Assembly: GCA_037441385.1 (NCBI GenBank)
Contig: JBBISH010000034.1
Coordinates: forward strand, 1 to 51,275
Direction of reading: 5' to 3'
Length of the DNA stretch: 51,275 nucleotides
DNA from: Myxococcales bacterium
GTDB taxonomy: Bacteria; Myxococcota_A; UBA9042
A model generated the notes under the pieces. That model searched no databases, had not been told where the DNA came from, and saw only the letters and a program-made list of their open reading frames with translations. This document shows, piece by piece, positions 9,481 through 19,180 of the stretch (position 1 is its first letter; each line of letters begins with the position of its first letter). The translations under genes and the position numbers were made by a program.

Positions 9481-10608
9481 ATGAGTGCTGCCGCGGGAGA
9501 TTCCGCCGTTGCCACCGCCCTAAGCTGGCTCGCGTCGGGCAAGGCGCCGCCGCACCGCGCGGCCGAAGTGGCGCGCGCCCTGGCGCTGCAGAGCCACCAA
9601 ATCCCGATGACCGCCGCAACGCTGCGCGATCTGGGGCCTGATATCGAGGCCGCGCTTTTGCACGACGCCAGCGAACGCAGCGATGTGGAGCTGGCCGGGG
9701 CGCTCGCCGAGTTCGCCGCCGACAAGGCGCTGGCCAAGCAGGCCAAGAAGCTGCTGTTCAAGCTGAAACAGAAGGGTGTGCAAGTCCCCGTGCGACAACA
9801 GAATCGGGCGCCGGTGGACTTGGCGGCCCGGCCATCGCCGCTGCCCAGCCTGGCGAGCTCGATCGACGCCGCGGGCGGCCAGTTGCTGTTCTTGGGCGGC
9901 TGGCACCCGGCCGACGGGCCGTGGTGTGTGATGGCGATGATCACCGACCGCGAAGGCCTGTTGTCGGGCTACTACGTGGCGGGGACCTCGCGCACTCAGC
10001 AAAAGGAACTCATCGCCAAGCTCCGCCACCAGATCAATGGCTTTACCGTTGAAGTTCCAAGCGATTTTGTGGCCGGCCGCCTGCGCTGGGCCCTGGATCT
10101 GCGCGACAAGCACGACAAGATCTTCGAAGGCGACGTCGCCGAAGTGCGCCGTATCCTGGAAGGGGTAGAGCCCCTGGAAGAGGTCGAATTCGCGCTGGAT
10201 CCAGAAGACGAGGCTCAGCTTGGTCGCCACTTGGGCGCGTCGTCGGCCTTGGCGGGCGAAGGCTGTTTCCACGGCTGGTTCGATCCGGGCAAGGCTGACC
10301 TGGACAAACTGCAGGCGGCGGTGGCCGAGCTCACCGGCACCGACGACGAGCGCCGCGAGCGCGCCCTGCAACTCCGCAGCGAGCTGTGGGATCGCTGGCT
10401 GACGCGTCAAGATCTGGCGGCGATGGCCGGTCGCATGGAGCTCAACAGCTGGCTACTCCACTGCGTCCAGAAGCAGGCTTCGGCCCTACAGGCGCTGGCG
10501 TGTGCGCGGGCCCTGCGCAGCGGCGCCCACTGGTCCACCATCGCCGCAGTGCAGCAAGCGGTCGACAACCTGGCGCCGATCGCCACCTGGCTGCGCCCGA
10601 CCGTGTAA
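9481..10608 (+). CDS. Hypothetical protein
   Basis: Strong AGGAGG RBS just after the gltX stop; typical codon bias; no motif recognised. Confidence 0.8.
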   Translation: MSAAAGDSAVATALSWLASGKAPPHRAAEVARALALQSHQIPMTAATLRDLGPDIEAALLHDASERSDVELAGALAEFAADKALAKQAKKLLFKLKQKGVQVPVRQQNRAPVDLAARPSPLPSLASSIDAAGGQLLFLGGWHPADGPWCVMAMITDREGLLSGYYVAGTSRTQQKELIAKLRHQINGFTVEVPSDFVAGRLRWALDLRDKHDKIFEGDVAEVRRILEGVEPLEEVEFALDPEDEAQLGRHLGASSALAGEGCFHGWFDPGKADLDKLQAAVAELTGTDDERRERALQLRSELWDRWLTRQDLAAMAGRMELNSWLLHCVQKQASALQALACARALRSGAHWSTIAAVQQAVDNLAPIATWLRPTV

Positions 10609-10682
10609 ATCCTTCCGATTGTTCCAAGGTCTCGCCGCCCGCGGCGGCGGCGTGCACTCCCTAGCCGTGCCAGGAGTCAACC

Positions 10683-11888
10683 ATGCTGGGTCGCGCTGTT
10701 TTTGTCGTGGATGCCTGTCGGACGCCCGTAGGCAAGTACGGTGGGCGGTTGGCCACGGTTCGTGCCGATGACCTGGCGGCCCTGCCGATCACAGCCTTGC
10801 TGTCGCGCAACCAGGTGGATCCCCAGGCGATCGACGAAGTGATCTTGGGCTGTGCCAACCAGGCTGGCGAGGACAATCGCAACGTGGCGCGCATGGCGGC
10901 GCTTTTGGCCGGGCTGCCGTTCAGCGTGCCGGCTCACACGATCAACCGCTTGTGTGCCTCGGGGCTCGACGCGCTGAATTCGGCCGCCCGCCTGATCGCG
11001 CTGGGCGAGGCCGAAGTGGTGATCGCCGGCGGCGTAGAGTCGATGTCGCGGGCGCCGTGGTCGGTCGCCAAGCCGCACACCGAGCCGCCTCGGGGCAACA
11101 ACGTGATGTACGACACCGCGCTGGGCTGGCGCTATCCCAACCCCAAGCTAGAGGCGCGGTTCCCGCTGGAGCAGATGGGCGAAACGGCCGAGAACTTGGT
11201 CGATCGCTACCCCAGCGTCACCCGCACCGCGCAGGACGCGTTTGCAGTCGAGTCGCACCGCCGCGCCGTCACCGCGCAGGCCGCCGGGCACCTGCAGCGC
11301 GAACTGATTGCGGTTGAGGTCGCAGCAGGCAAGACGACGGTGCGGGTCGACGCCGACGAGCAGCCGCGGGCCGACAGCACGCTAGAAGCCCTGGCCAAGT
11401 TGCGCCCGGCCTTTCGCAAAGAGGGCAGCGTGACCGCCGGCAATTCGTCTTCGCTGAACGACGGTTCCGCGGCCCTGCTGCTTTGCTCAGAGGTGGCCTT
11501 GGCTAGCCACGGTTGGCAGCCGCTGGCGCGGATCGTGGCCACGGCCAACGCCGGCGTCGATCCGCGCACCATGGGCATCGGCCCGGTCCCGGCGATCCGC
11601 AAGCTGCTCGACCGCACGGGCTGGTCGCTCGAGTCGATCGACGCAGTGGAATTGAACGAAGCTTTTGCCGCTCAGAGCCTGGCGGTGCTGGCCGAACTGC
11701 CGTTTGACCCGACTCGCGTCAACGTCGACGGCGGCGCCATCGCCATTGGCCATCCGCTGGGCTGTAGCGGCGCGCGCATCGCCGGCCATCTGGTCCACGT
11801 GCTGCAGCGCACCCAGGGCCGCCGCGGCATCGCCTCGCTGTGCGTGGGCGTGGGTCAGGGGGTCGCGACGGCGTTCGAGCGGCCCTGA
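10683..11888 (+). CDS. Acetyl-CoA C-acyltransferase (PaaJ/PcaF-like thiolase)
   Basis: GCANQAGEDNRNVAR, INRLCASG, NEAFAAQ, GHPLGCSG and LCVGVGQG motifs; AGGAG RBS. Confidence 0.95.
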   Translation: MLGRAVFVVDACRTPVGKYGGRLATVRADDLAALPITALLSRNQVDPQAIDEVILGCANQAGEDNRNVARMAALLAGLPFSVPAHTINRLCASGLDALNSAARLIALGEAEVVIAGGVESMSRAPWSVAKPHTEPPRGNNVMYDTALGWRYPNPKLEARFPLEQMGETAENLVDRYPSVTRTAQDAFAVESHRRAVTAQAAGHLQRELIAVEVAAGKTTVRVDADEQPRADSTLEALAKLRPAFRKEGSVTAGNSSSLNDGSAALLLCSEVALASHGWQPLARIVATANAGVDPRTMGIGPVPAIRKLLDRTGWSLESIDAVELNEAFAAQSLAVLAELPFDPTRVNVDGGAIAIGHPLGCSGARIAGHLVHVLQRTQGRRGIASLCVGVGQGVATAFERP

Positions 11889-11903
11889 GGCCCGCCGCCG
11901 CGG

Positions 11904-12593
11904 TCAGTTCGCCTCGACCAAAGCGGCCAAGAAGTCCTCGAACAGTTCCTTCAAGTCGTCCGGCTCGGCCTCGCCCGTCAGTTCGCGCTCCAAGTTGCGC
12001 AAATAGACGACCAGCGTCTTGCTGTCGCGCAGCTCCAACGCCCGCGACAAGAATTTGTCCTTGCTGGCGACGGTGGGCACTTCGGCGAATTCGGCCGCGA
12101 GCTTCAGCCCCTCTTTGGCCACTTCTTTCAGCACGGACTGAATCGCCGCCTTGGCCACCGCGCGATCGAAGCGCTTGGGCGGCGGCACGCCGGGATCGAC
12201 CTCGGCCGCGCGCTGGTAGAGCTCGTCGGCCCGCTCGAAATGCCCCTGCCACTCGTGCCACGCCGCTTCGGCGCGCGTCAGCCGCGGATCTTCGCTGTCC
12301 AGCGATCGCGCGACCTCCAGCTCCACGCCCGCCGCGTCAAACCGCCCCAACTCGCTGAGTAGACCGGCGCGGAGCGTGTAGGCCTCCATCCAGTCCGGGT
12401 CGCGCTTGAGGTATTCCGCCAGGGATTTCAACGCGCCGTCGTAGTCCCGCGCCTCCATCTGCGCCTCGGCCAGCCAACCCCAGGTGTCGGGATCGGCGGG
12501 CGACTCCTTGACTAGCGTGCGACCAAAAGTCACTGCCTCGGTCGGATCGGTGTCGATGAGGCCTTCCATTTCTTCGATATCACTGCGGCGCAT
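11904..12593 (-). CDS. TPR protein with a degenerate zincin-like C-terminus
   Basis: Several TPR-like helical pairs (PADPDTWGWLAEA, DPDWMEAYTLRAG, DSEDPR) and a C-terminal LVVYLRNLER; no HExxH. Confidence 0.75.
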   Translation of the reverse strand: MRRSDIEEMEGLIDTDPTEAVTFGRTLVKESPADPDTWGWLAEAQMEARDYDGALKSLAEYLKRDPDWMEAYTLRAGLLSELGRFDAAGVELEVARSLDSEDPRLTRAEAAWHEWQGHFERADELYQRAAEVDPGVPPPKRFDRAVAKAAIQSVLKEVAKEGLKLAAEFAEVPTVASKDKFLSRALELRDSKTLVVYLRNLERELTGEAEPDDLKELFEDFLAALVEAN

Positions 12594-12731
12594 ACGTTCC
12601 TCCGGTAGACGGGGCGCCAAAGGTCGCGCAATGGCCCGGCGCCGTCAACTCCGCGCCAGGTTGAGTCGCCGGTTCTCCACAAAAAATTGCAGCGAGTTGT
12701 GTGTCCGCGTCAGCTTGCTGCAGCTAGCCCC

Positions 12732-12761
12732 TTGACCCTTGCGAAGTCACGATGCTAAATA
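12732..12761 (+). promoter_or_regulatory. Candidate sigma70-type promoter for the motor operon
   Basis: TTGACC-N18-TAAATA with an extended -10 TG, ~130 bp upstream of the ATG. Confidence 0.4.
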
Positions 12762-12891
12762 CCGGGGCGTTCGGCCCGCCGTGCTGAGCCCTTGGCAAGT
12801 TGCCAAGACTTGCGCGTCGGCTGAAGCGATGTCCCCGCGGCGGGACAGACAACTCGGTCCCCAGACCGATTTCACAGGGAGCACGGAAGCG

Positions 12892-13551
12892 ATGTTTCAG
12901 GCTATTTCCACCGCGTTCGAGGAAGGCGGCATCGGTATGTACTTCATCCTGGTGCACTTGATCTTCATTCTCGCCATCATGTTCGAGCGCATTTTCGTGC
13001 TCTACATCCGGTCGAGCGTGAAGAAAGAGGAGTTCATCAAGCTCCTGCAAGTGCCGATCCTCAAGGGTGATCTCAACACGGTCCTCAAGGTCTGCTCGAC
13101 CTACCCCTACCCGCTCGCGCGCATCGTTCACGCTGGCGTGTTGAAGGTGAAGCGCTCGGACGAGGAAGTTCAGGCTGCGATGGACGAAGCGTATCTGCGC
13201 GAAATCCCGCAGATCGAGAAGCGCATCGACTACTTGAACCTGCTCGGTAACACCGCCACCCTCGCCGGTCTGCTCGGCACGGTGTTCGGTCTGATCCACA
13301 CCTTCGCGGCCATCGGTCGTCCGGAAGTGGATGCCTCGCAGCGTTCGACGATGCTCTCGAAGGGCATCTCGGAAGCCATGAACTGCACGGCGTTCGGTCT
13401 CGCGACCGGTATCGTCGGCGTTCTGGCGTACGCGGTCCTGGCTTCGAAGGCCAAGGAAATCAAGGCGGACATCGACGAAGGCACGGTTCGCGTGCTGAAC
13501 CTGATCGTCGCCAACCGCAACAAGATGAGCGACATCAAGGACGCGGCCTAA
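12892..13551 (+). CDS. MotA/TolQ/ExbB proton-channel protein (AglR-like)
   Basis: Three TM segments; NTATLAGLLGTVFGLI and GISEAMNCTAFGL motifs; codons (GGT, CGT, TTC) typical of highly expressed genes. Confidence 0.93.
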   Translation: MFQAISTAFEEGGIGMYFILVHLIFILAIMFERIFVLYIRSSVKKEEFIKLLQVPILKGDLNTVLKVCSTYPYPLARIVHAGVLKVKRSDEEVQAAMDEAYLREIPQIEKRIDYLNLLGNTATLAGLLGTVFGLIHTFAAIGRPEVDASQRSTMLSKGISEAMNCTAFGLATGIVGVLAYAVLASKAKEIKADIDEGTVRVLNLIVANRNKMSDIKDAA

Positions 13552-13940
13552 GGTCGTGCCCTGGCCTGCTCGGGCTGATCCGGTGCGTCCGGCAAAGTCC
13601 CGATAGGCCGCTGCTCGGTCTCGCCTCGGCGACCGTGGCAGCAAGTGCCGAGACGTAACACGCTTTCCTGTGATGAGCGCTGCCGCGCTGCCTTGTCGTA
13701 CCTATGGCGATCTCTGGATCCCGTGGCGACAGGGCAGCGCCGGCAGACGCCCAGGGCAGTGAAGTCGCTGCCCAAGCGGGTGGCGGCGTGGCGTGCGTCG
13801 CAAGGACGAGGCCAGACGCCAGGCGACCATTCGGGTCGCCCCCGTTGCGCTCTAGTCGCGTTTGCGGCGCGGATGCGCATCGGCAACTAGTAGGAATCTC
13901 GCGGCAGCGCACTAGCGTGGCCGCTCAACAGGAGTCACCC

Positions 13941-14540
13941 ATGGGTGGTGGTGGTACCGGAAAAGGCGGCGTTGCGGACGCAACCCTCAACGTCGTGCCC
14001 TTCATCGATCTGCTGGCCTGCACGATCTGCTTCCTGCTGATCTCGGCGGTGTGGACCCAGATGTCGCGGATCGACGTCGATCAGGCCCTACCCAAGGCGT
14101 CGCCCAAGCCGCCGCCGACGCCCCCGAAGCCGGAAGCGAAGATCAACATCATGATCACGCAGACCGGCTACTTGGTGAACTTGTGGAACGCGGACAAGAT
14201 CGCGACGCCCAAGCCCGAGCTGGTGACGCCGAAGAAGCTCGCGGTCAAGCCCGACGAGTTGAAGATCCAGCGCAACAACGGCGCGGTGGACAAGTTCAAG
14301 GTGTATGACCAGGACAAGCTGCGCGAGACCCTGGAGGGTTTCATGCGCGACGCCAGCCTGGACGACAAGACCAAGGTGATGGTCGCGGCCGACGACAAGG
14401 TGCAGTACATCCACCTGATCATGACGCTGGACACCATCCTGACGGCTTGCAAGGACAAGGAAAAGAAGCAGTGCCTGAAGAATCCGTCGGTCGGCGACTC
14501 GAACCTGCTGCGGCAGGAAGGCTTCGCCACGTTCGACTAG
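13941..14540 (+). CDS. ExbD/TolR family protein (AglQ-like)
   Basis: LNVVPFIDLLACTICFLLISA TM with the conserved Asp; VAADDKVQY motif; CAGGAG RBS. Confidence 0.88.
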   Translation: MGGGGTGKGGVADATLNVVPFIDLLACTICFLLISAVWTQMSRIDVDQALPKASPKPPPTPPKPEAKINIMITQTGYLVNLWNADKIATPKPELVTPKKLAVKPDELKIQRNNGAVDKFKVYDQDKLRETLEGFMRDASLDDKTKVMVAADDKVQYIHLIMTLDTILTACKDKEKKQCLKNPSVGDSNLLRQEGFATFD

Positions 14541-14616
14541 CTCGGACAGGGACTCTGGCACCGTTGCTTGATACGCAGGCCTGGTCGGAATCGACCCTTA
14601 CGAATCTGAGGAATCC

Positions 14617-15216
14617 ATGGCAGTTCATCACCCAGGATCGCGAGCCGGCAGCGGCGTAGCGCTCAAGAGCATCCGCGAGACCATCGTTCACGGTGGCGGT
14701 CGCAGCCTGTTCGCCACGTTGAACGTGGTGCCGATGATCGACCTCTTCACCATGCTCGTGATCTTCCTGATTCAACAGTTCAGCGCTTCGGGCGAACTGA
14801 TGCTGGTCAACCCGAACGTGGCGATGCCCAAGGCGTCGACCATGAAAGAGCTGGAGCGTGCGCCGATCGTGGCGCTGACCCGCTGGGACGGTCAGGATCA
14901 GCCAGGCGACCTGCTGTTCGAAAACACCAAGATCATCTCGCAAAAAGAGATCAACGAAGTGAAGTACCCCAGCTGGGACATCAAGCCCCTGGCCGAGGTG
15001 CTGAAGAAGTCGTGGGTCAATCAGCAGAAGGCCACGGGCCCGACGCCCGAGAAGACCAAGCAAATCCGCGACAACCGCAAGATCATCATCCAGGCCGACC
15101 GGACAGTTCCCTTCGCCGTGGTCAAGATGGTCATGGCGACCTGTGGCCGCAACGAGTACCGCGAGCCGAACTTCGCGATCATGGTCGGCCAGGAGAAGGC
15201 CGGCGCTGCGCCTTAG
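14617..15216 (+). CDS. ExbD/TolR family protein (AglS-like)
   Basis: LNVVPMIDLFTMLVIFLI TM; IIIQADRTVPF motif; GAGGA RBS. Confidence 0.9.
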   Translation: MAVHHPGSRAGSGVALKSIRETIVHGGGRSLFATLNVVPMIDLFTMLVIFLIQQFSASGELMLVNPNVAMPKASTMKELERAPIVALTRWDGQDQPGDLLFENTKIISQKEINEVKYPSWDIKPLAEVLKKSWVNQQKATGPTPEKTKQIRDNRKIIIQADRTVPFAVVKMVMATCGRNEYREPNFAIMVGQEKAGAAP

Positions 15217-15342
15217 GGCCGCGGACTTGGTCATGAGAACCCTCCGATCGGGTAGATCGTGCTGCGACCTCGCAGGCTGTGGTGTGCGGTAGCTGCCGCG
15301 CCAGCCGCGAGGTCGCAGCGTTTTTGGAGCAAGTTGGCGATC

Positions 15343-16068
15343 ATGATGCGCACCTGGCTAGCAGCGGTCCGTTTGGGACTGGGTACGGTGTTGGCGCTCG
15401 CGGCTTTGGGCGGCCCGGCGCTGGCGCGGCCGCAGACCAAGGTTTTCTTGAACGGGGTGCCGGCGCCCGTGTTCTTCAATGATGGCGACAGCTTCACGGT
15501 GCTCGGCGGCCCGCTAGAGGGCAGCAAGACCCGCCTGGCGGGCTACAACACCCTGGAAAGCTTTGGCCCGGTCCACCGCTGGGGCGATTGGAACGCCCAC
15601 GAGCTGTACGTGGTGGCCAAGATGGCGACGCTGAACGCCCGCCGCGGCATTTGGCACTGCCACTCGGACATGAGCCGCGACGGCTACGGACGCACGCTGT
15701 GGACTTGCCCCGATTTGATCGTCGATCAACTGCGCAAGGGCCTGGCCCACGTGATGCTGGTCGGCGACGAACCGGCGCCTCCCGAGCACTTGGCGGCAAT
15801 GCGACTGGCCCAGGCCGAAAAGCGTGGGATCTGGGCCAAGGGCGTGCCCGAATTCGTGCTGACATCGCTGCACAGCAAAGACGAAGGCTACGAGGGCACC
15901 AACTACAACCGCCTGGTGTCGACCAACGATGGCCACTCGACCAAGTGGATCCACAACGACGTCTACAAGGAATGTGACGAAGTTTGCCACACTTCGGGCA
16001 CCTGCATGGTCTACGTGGCCATGAATCGCCGGTTTGGCCCAGGGCGCGCTGCGTGCCTGCAGCATTGA
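15343..16068 (+). CDS. Secreted thermonuclease (SNase-like) protein
   Basis: Signal peptide ending ALA; NDGDSF, TRLAGYNTLE, DGYGRTL and AEKRGIW match SNase-family motifs. Confidence 0.8.
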   Translation: MMRTWLAAVRLGLGTVLALAALGGPALARPQTKVFLNGVPAPVFFNDGDSFTVLGGPLEGSKTRLAGYNTLESFGPVHRWGDWNAHELYVVAKMATLNARRGIWHCHSDMSRDGYGRTLWTCPDLIVDQLRKGLAHVMLVGDEPAPPEHLAAMRLAQAEKRGIWAKGVPEFVLTSLHSKDEGYEGTNYNRLVSTNDGHSTKWIHNDVYKECDEVCHTSGTCMVYVAMNRRFGPGRAACLQH

Positions 16069-16156
16069 GTCCGCGCATCTTGGCGCCCGCCGCGATCCTC
16101 TCCGCCCCGTTGCCTGCACTGACCCGCCCGAAACGCCGCCAACCCAAGGACTGCCC

Positions 16157-17482
16157 ATGATGTTCCATGACTTGCTTGGCAAGCACCTTCGCTCTGGCGG
16201 GCGCACGGCGCTGACGATCGTCGCCCTGCTGCTGGGCGTGCACGGCTGCTACGAGTCGACCGGCACGCCACCCGGTGGCTACGAGGCCGGCACGACCGTG
16301 TGCCGCGACCACGTCGACAACGATCAAGACGGCCTGACCGACTGCGACGACCCGGATTGTCGCTTTACCGCCGGTTTTTGCGGACCCAACTACGTGGGAC
16401 TGCCGCCCGTACCCAAAGAGCCCGAGATCACGGTAGAACTTTGCCATGATCACTTCGACAACGATCAGAATGGCTACGGCGACTGCAACGATCTGGCGTG
16501 CCAGTCGCTGATGCAGACCTGCTGCTCGCGCGAGTTCAACGACAAGGCGTGCAGCGACGGCCTGGACAACGACCAGAATGGCAAGACGGACTGCGCGGAC
16601 AGCGGCTGCCGCTTTGGCATCTTTGTCACGGTCTGCAGCGAGACGACCGACGCACTGTGCAGCAACGGCAAAGACGACGACGGCGACGGCTTTGTCGACT
16701 GCGATGACTCGAATTGCGCCACCACCACGCCGTGCAAGCCTGCGGCGGGCACCGGCGTCGTCGGCCCCGAGACGAGCTACACGGCCTGCAGCGACGGCTT
16801 CGACAACGACAGCAACAAGTACATCGACTGCAACGACTTTTCCTGCAGCAAGTCGACCGATGCCTGGCCGGGACACGACGGCAAGACCGTCAGCGACTAC
16901 TGCGCCAGCATCGGCGAGAAGACCTTGGCCGCCTGCAGCGACGGGGTGGACAACGACAAGAACAAATACACCGACTGTGCCGACTATTCGTGCAGCAAGT
17001 CCACCGAGCCGTGGCCCGGCCACGACGGCCAAACGGTGGCCGACTACTGCAAAACGCTTTCGGAGTCGTCGCTTGCCAAGTGCAGCGACGGCATCGACAA
17101 CGACAAGAACGGCTTCAAGGACTGCTCCGACTACTCGTGCAGCAAGTCGACCGAGCCCTGGACCGGCCACGACGGGCTGACGGTCGCCGACTACTGCAAA
17201 GAGGTTGGCGAGTCGTCGTTTGCCAAGTGCACCGACGGCATCGACAACGACGGCAACGGCTACGTGGACTGCGCCGACAACTCGTGCCGCCAGGCCACCG
17301 ACACCGCCACCAAGCTGGCGTGCCAAGAGAGCATCGGCGACCTGGCCATGTCGGCCGACGAGCGGTGCAGCGATGGCGTGGACAACGATCAGGACGGCTT
17401 CAAGGACTGCGACGACTGGGACTGCAGTTGGAACCCGCAAGTGCACGTCTGTGACGGCAAGCCCAAGGTGTGCGGCGAATAG
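16157..17482 (+). CDS. Cys-rich lipoprotein with 9 CxDxxDNDxxGxxDCxDxxC repeats
   Basis: AAGGA RBS; LLLGVHGC lipobox-like; nine repeats counted. Confidence 0.85.
   Translation: MMFHDLLGKHLRSGGRTALTIVALLLGVHGCYESTGTPPGGYEAGTTVCRDHVDNDQDGLTDCDDPDCRFTAGFCGPNYVGLPPVPKEPEITVELCHDHFDNDQNGYGDCNDLACQSLMQTCCSREFNDKACSDGLDNDQNGKTDCADSGCRFGIFVTVCSETTDALCSNGKDDDGDGFVDCDDSNCATTTPCKPAAGTGVVGPETSYTACSDGFDNDSNKYIDCNDFSCSKSTDAWPGHDGKTVSDYCASIGEKTLAACSDGVDNDKNKYTDCADYSCSKSTEPWPGHDGQTVADYCKTLSESSLAKCSDGIDNDKNGFKDCSDYSCSKSTEPWTGHDGLTVADYCKEVGESSFAKCTDGIDNDGNGYVDCADNSCRQATDTATKLACQESIGDLAMSADERCSDGVDNDQDGFKDCDDWDCSWNPQVHVCDGKPKVCGE
16787..17227 (+). repeat. Three intragenic 147-bp (49-aa) tandem units
   Basis: Repeat starts at 16787, 16934, 17081 and 17228 are spaced exactly 147 bp apart; each unit carries SCSKSTxxWxGHDGxTVxDYC. 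Confidence 0.9.
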
Positions 17483-17509
17483 CCCGAACCCCGAACCGAG
17501 GTTTCGATC

Positions 17510-19180
17510 ATGAAGGAAAATGCAATGATGCAAGTTGATTGTTCGGTGATGGGCCGCCACAGCTGGTCGGCGATCGCGCTGCGGGCCGCCTTGCTGTGCG
17601 CCAGCGTGGGCACGAGCGCCGTGGCCTGGGCCGAGGCTCCGTCCGAGGACGCGCCCGCAGCGGCGGCGGCGCCCGCACCCAGCTCGGACGGCCGCAAAGA
17701 GACGAATTGCAGCGACCGCAAAGACGACGACGGCGACGGCTTGGTCGATTGCGCGGATCACGACTGCGCGAGCAGCCCCGACTGCAAGGTCGGCAGCGGC
17801 CCCGAAAACAGCAACGCGCGCTGCAGCGACTGGTTCGACAACGACGGCGACGGCTTCATCGACTGCGATGACCCCGACTGCGAAGGCGCGGGCGTCACCG
17901 TGTGCAAGGGCTCGTGGAAGGATGCGGCGGGCAGCAGCAGCGCGGGTGCCAATTCGAGCGCGGTGGACGAAGTACCCGAGCTGGGCGCCGGCCAGACCGT
18001 GGAAGATCTGATCGGCAAGGGCGGCGACAAGGACGGCGAGCGCAACGACGAAGTGTGCTCGGACGGCCTGGACAACGATGGCGACGGCCGCATCGACTGC
18101 GCCGACTTTGGCTGCCGCTTCGACCCCGACGTAACAGTGTGCCGCGGCAACCCCGGCATCCGCTTTGGCGTGGTGGGTCGCGTCGAGGGCGGCATGACCA
18201 AGACCGATACCGGCGAGGGCAAGACACTGGTGAGCCAAAACACCTACGACACGCGGTTTTCGACGCTGTCGGTGCGCACTTTTGGCCCCACGCCGCTGGT
18301 GCAGAACTCGTTCTTCTTGGTTTCGGCCCACTTGGATGGCACGCCCCGCGTGACATTCGCCATGTTCCAGATGCCGATTGGCAATACCGGGCACTTCTTT
18401 TCGGTCAATAGCGGCGGCGCGTCGCTGTCGACGGCGCTGATCGTGTCGCCCAGCAAGCAGCTGCTCTTGGAACCGGCCTACTACCTGACCAATGCCTTCG
18501 AGCAGCCCACCGGCGGTTCGGCCGAGGTGTGGGGCCCGCTGCTGCCGCAGAATCGTTTGACGTATCGTGTGTTTACCTCGGCCGGCGCAGGTGCCTATGG
18601 CGTGGTGGGCGCGCTGTCGTCGACGACGGGGAATGCGGTCACCAACAACTTCCCCTTCAATTTGGGCGCACAACTGATTGGCAACATTGTGGGAACGCTG
18701 AGCCGCTGGGACTCGCCGTTCCTGTACGTGCCGGTGCCGACGGCCTGGGGTGTGACCTTTGGTGGCAAATTCGAGCAGCGGCCCACCGAGCAATATCCGG
18801 TGGTGCACATGGGCACGGTGTTCCGCCACAAGCGCCTGTATCTCAAGGGCGAAGGTGCCTTCAAGCGCGTGCTCGACTACAACGCCAACGCCATCATGTA
18901 CAACGTAGAGGCCGGTGTGCTGCTGGTGCCCAAGTACCTGATGCTGGCGGCCGATTTTGGTAGCTTCATCGCCGACGACTACGCGATGGGCAGCACGGCG
19001 CGCAAGGACGTGAATCGCCAGCGCGACGAGCAGCAGTTCCGCGTGGCGCTGCACGGCTACATCTGGAAGAACGTGGGCATCGCCAGCCTGCTTTACCGCG
19101 ACGATCAGCTGCAAGGCACGGTCAAGGACCCGCCGACCCACCTGCGCGAGCTGACGGCAAACCTGCAGTTCCGTTTCTAG
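17510..19180 (+). CDS. Outer-membrane beta-barrel protein with 3 N-terminal Cys/Asp repeats
   Basis: Signal ending AWA; three CSDxxD(N/D)DGDGxxDCxD repeats; amphipathic strands; C-terminal LQFRF. Start could be 17510 or 17525. Confidence 0.8.
   Translation: MKENAMMQVDCSVMGRHSWSAIALRAALLCASVGTSAVAWAEAPSEDAPAAAAAPAPSSDGRKETNCSDRKDDDGDGLVDCADHDCASSPDCKVGSGPENSNARCSDWFDNDGDGFIDCDDPDCEGAGVTVCKGSWKDAAGSSSAGANSSAVDEVPELGAGQTVEDLIGKGGDKDGERNDEVCSDGLDNDGDGRIDCADFGCRFDPDVTVCRGNPGIRFGVVGRVEGGMTKTDTGEGKTLVSQNTYDTRFSTLSVRTFGPTPLVQNSFFLVSAHLDGTPRVTFAMFQMPIGNTGHFFSVNSGGASLSTALIVSPSKQLLLEPAYYLTNAFEQPTGGSAEVWGPLLPQNRLTYRVFTSAGAGAYGVVGALSSTTGNAVTNNFPFNLGAQLIGNIVGTLSRWDSPFLYVPVPTAWGVTFGGKFEQRPTEQYPVVHMGTVFRHKRLYLKGEGAFKRVLDYNANAIMYNVEAGVLLVPKYLMLAADFGSFIADDYAMGSTARKDVNRQRDEQQFRVALHGYIWKNVGIASLLYRDDQLQGTVKDPPTHLRELTANLQFRF

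Noticed and set aside
14556..14571. TGGCAC...TTG sigma54-like site between the two TolR-like genes
   Set aside because: No GC at the required -12 spacing from the GG.
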